Assembly: GCA_032718475.1 (NCBI GenBank)
Contig: JAUCBJ010007900.1
Location: 62,001 to 126,000 of the forward strand
DNA length: 64,000 nucleotides
Direction: 5' to 3'
Source of the DNA: Nemertoderma westbladi
Taxonomy: Eukaryota; Animalia; Xenacoelomorpha
Below the pieces are notes generated by a model. It was not told where the DNA came from, ran no database searches, and saw only the letters and a program-made list of their open reading frames with translations. The position numbers were made by a program, and so were the translations under genes. Positions 60,741-64,000 of this stretch are shown in pieces. The stretch's first letter is position 1. Each line of letters starts with the position of its first letter.

Positions 60741-62396
60741 CAGTTGTTAATGCAAATGTGTTCTTTGCGAGTTTAGCTTACTTATTTTGCTCAATTTAAG
60801 TTTAAGGTTCCATTTTTATTGATAAGGTTAATTGCGTCATATTCTATATTTCTTAATTAACTCAAAACCATTAATTGTAATATTGACGCCATCTAGTGTC
60901 GTTATATACATAGTCAGTTTAGCTTGAATGCCTTATTTGTGATGTATAGGTGGCGCTACTGCACATTCTTTTAGGGGTATAAAGCCTCAGGTTTAATGCA
61001 TTTCCGGCACTCTTGCTATTACCTTTTGACATTAATTGTTTGGTGGAGTCATACTTATCCATGAAAGGGTAAAAACCCCGGTCAACTTTAATTGACTGGG
61101 ATTATTACTTTATATTTATCTGTTCCTATTGTCTATAATTATACATTTGGTTATAATTATTTGATATAATATTTGATATCGTACCGGTAAATTAAATTTA
61201 TTTGTTGTTGTTATTTGGTTACTATAATATCGCTGATACCCCGGGATTAAAGACATTTTCTAGGCACCAAACCCAGGTAGGTCTCTATAGCTAAGCATTA
61301 TTGATAACCTGGACAATTGTGTCAGATTTATGTGTGTTGTCTTATCTCTAACTCAATAAATAATTAATCTATGGTGATATTTCTGACCTGTAATGCAAGT
61401 GAAGCTCTTAATATTAATACCATCATGATTGAGAGTTGTCATAAATTGAATACCGTAGCTATAATAATATAAACAGATACATAATAGTTGCAATACGTTT
61501 CCCCTAAAGGGAAACACAATCGCCCGACTTGAGCCCTTACGTAAATAATTAGTCAGACATTTACTTATTGTATTGTGCCGCCACTGCCACACCCTCGCTG
61601 TACTGTATATTAGTGGAATATAATAGATGATCAATTACCGTTATAGACTGAGCGAAACATTGAGCAAATCAATACAATTGTGGGGAAGAGGGAATAAAAG
61701 TGATTCACTAGAACGGCCTTCCATTGAAGGTACACTAGCGCCATTACCGTTTCAGTGTCTCAGACTGGGTTTTTTACTTTCATTCTTGTGTGCTCTACAA
61801 AACAATCGGAAAGAGTCAAAATATATAAAATAGAGGTTAAAAATGTATTTTTTGTCAAATGCGCTAACAACAGTAGTCCAGGCGGAATAGGCCTACAGTA
61901 GGACTAGTTAGTTTTTCAATATCTGTTGCTTTCATGAAATGTTTTCTATATTTCTTGTGTTTATAAATTATGTAGTCCCTTTCGTTATGACCTTTTGAAG
62001 TCCTTCTTTATCAGGTGGCGTTATTTAGTTTCTATGTATCATTTTATTATTTGTTTACTTTGTGTTACTATAACAACAAATTTCATTATTTTATAACTAC
62101 TTTATAGGTCTATATTATTAGGTATTTTATATTATCACTTTATATAATACCGTAGGCCTACTTTTTATTACTATCAGGTACTTGTATAACAGTATTATGT
62201 TAATACTTTATATTATTTATAACGATTGCCGACCGAATATTTCTCACTCCAGAAGCCCTGATATGGGCTCTTCATTTATTAAATAGATTAAGTAACAATC
62301 CTGAAAATTAAACATAGAACAGATTAAATAGTGTGACTCTCTAGTGCTGTTGAGAATTATGTGTCAGTTTTCTAGTCTCTCTTCGCTCAGACGAGA

Positions 62397-62590
62397 CTAG
62401 GGGGAAACTAGACGCAAATCCCATCACGGCGAATGAATATCCCGCCTTAATGTTATATTTTCAATTTTTGGAAAGGAGCAGTATTCAGTGGGACGTTATT
62501 ATAACCAAAACAATAAACTAAAGTCAATAGTACAGATTACAGTTTAATTTTTGTGAAAGGTCAGTTGTTATTTGCGTCGAATTTCCCTAG
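62397..62590 (+). mobile_element. Best-preserved copy of MITE-like family A
   Basis: Imperfect TIRs ctagggggaaactagacgcaaat / atttgcgtcgaatttccctag enclosing the gaaaggagcag...taaccaaaacaataaac core. Confidence 0.7.
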
Positions 62591-63231
62591 GAATTAATTT
62601 TTATTCCGTCGAAGGTCCATGAGTTGCGGGACAACCTACATCTCTTCCTTGATCAATGCAACCTGACATCTTTAAATGGATGGTGTTTTACTCAGAACTT
62701 TAGTTAGCGCAGTTTGAACGAGGGTATCGCTTGTAACAACAGTCTGTTTTTAACCAGCGCATTTTTCGCTCTAAAGGCAATATCGCATAGTCCGCAGAAT
62801 CCGGTTACGGAAACGTAATGCATTACCTTGGATTGCGATCATATATATAATCAACCTTTGAGTATGTCTTCAAACAATGTACGGTAGTTCAAGTTGGCGA
62901 GTCATAAACTCCAACTGACTCTGTTCTCTTGAATTCCCAGAGTCAACGACCTTCAAAATAAGTTCGTGGGCCTTCTGGATGTACCCAATAGCGTTTCGGG
63001 GATCTGTGTCTCTTTTTACCGTTGCCACACAACTTCTGTTAATTGCGACCAATGGAACAGTTGGTTATTTGGTCCCAGACAGTGACGCAACGACAGACGA
63101 GCACCAGCGGAATTGTCTACGGAAACATTAGTATCGGAACATATTAGTGCCTTCAAGCACACCACAGACGGATGTATTTTTCTCAAAGAAAACAAGAGTA
63201 ACAACAACTCAAGGGATTTCCGTTTTTGTTT

Positions 63232-64000
63232 GTGTTAGCTATCATGAGGGTTGAGGGCTCGTGTTAACTATCATGAGGTGAGTGCTCGTGTTTGCTACCA
63301 CGAGGGTTCGTATTATCTTTTACGAGGGCTCGTGTTAGCTATCATGAGGGCTCGTATTAGCTATCATGAGGTGAGGGAACGTATTTGCTCCCACGAGGGC
63401 TCGTGTTAGCTATCATGAGGGCTCGTGTTAGCTATCATGAGGGCTCGTGTTAGCTATCATGAGGGCTCGTGTTAGCTCTTAGCTATCATGAGGGCTCGTG
63501 TTGCTATCATGTGGTGAGGGCTCGTGTTTGCTACCTCGAGGGCTCGTGTTAGCTATAATGTGGGCTCGTGTTAGCTATCACGAGGGCTCGTATTAGCTAT
63601 CATGAGGGCTCGTGTTAGCTATCATGAGGTGAGGGCTCGTATTTGCTCCCACGAGGGCTCGTGTTAGCTATCATGAGGGCCCGTGTTAGCTATCATGGGG
63701 GCTCGTGTTAGCTATCATGAGGGTTCGTGTTAGCTCTTAGCTATCATGAGGGCTCGTGTTGCTATCATGTGGTGAGGGCTCGTGTTTGCTACCTCGAGGG
63801 CTCGTGTTAGCTATAATGTGGGCTCGTGTTAGCTATCACGAGGGCTCGTATTAGCTATCATGAGGGCTCGTGTTAGCTATCATGAAGTGATGGCTCGTAT
63901 TTGCTCCCACGAGGGCTCGTGTTAGCTATCATGTGGGCTCGTGTTAGCTGTCACGAGGGCTCGTATTAGATATCATGAGGGCTGGTGTTAGCTATCATGT
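63232..64000. repeat. 22-bp satellite with ~258-bp higher-order unit, runs off the window end
   Basis: Unit gagggctcgtgttagctatcat; the variant block gttagctcttagctatcatgag...gtggtgaggg recurs at ~63471 and ~63729. Confidence 0.93.

Overview
AT-rich eukaryotic genomic DNA, most likely from an invertebrate animal (spliceosomal GT-AG introns, metazoan gene families, LINEs/SINEs, DNA transposons); it is not prokaryotic and has no CRISPR array. There are four host genes: a 5'-partial intronless LRR protein (+, to 1376), an intronless GRTP1/TBC1D6 Rab-GAP (-, 5208-6287), a spliced gene matching only the first five repeats of ankyrin (+, exons 15526-20490) and an intronless pro-IL-16/PDZD2-like two-PDZ protein (-, 44385-46658). 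Roughly a third or more of the window is tandem repeat: more than a dozen arrays with 18-68 bp units, the largest an ~11.5 kb 31-bp satellite. The rest is largely transposon debris: hAT, Harbinger, Kolobok-like and IS3EU-like non-autonomous elements, a nearly intact PHD-EN-RT LINE, a second related LINE hosting a 5-bp-TSD hAT element, and an RTE LINE that itself contains a tRNA/Deu(Nin)-type SINE. The most notable signals are satellites that visibly arise from transposon parts (an array of TSD + mini-hAT units; a 68-bp array from the inside of a MITE; one GC-rich motif amplified independently in two LINE 3' UTRs), dense TA-flanked palindromes resembling Tc1/mariner excision footprints, and a truncated 'mini-ankyrin'. 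All calls were made by eye; repeat boundaries and copy numbers are approximate.
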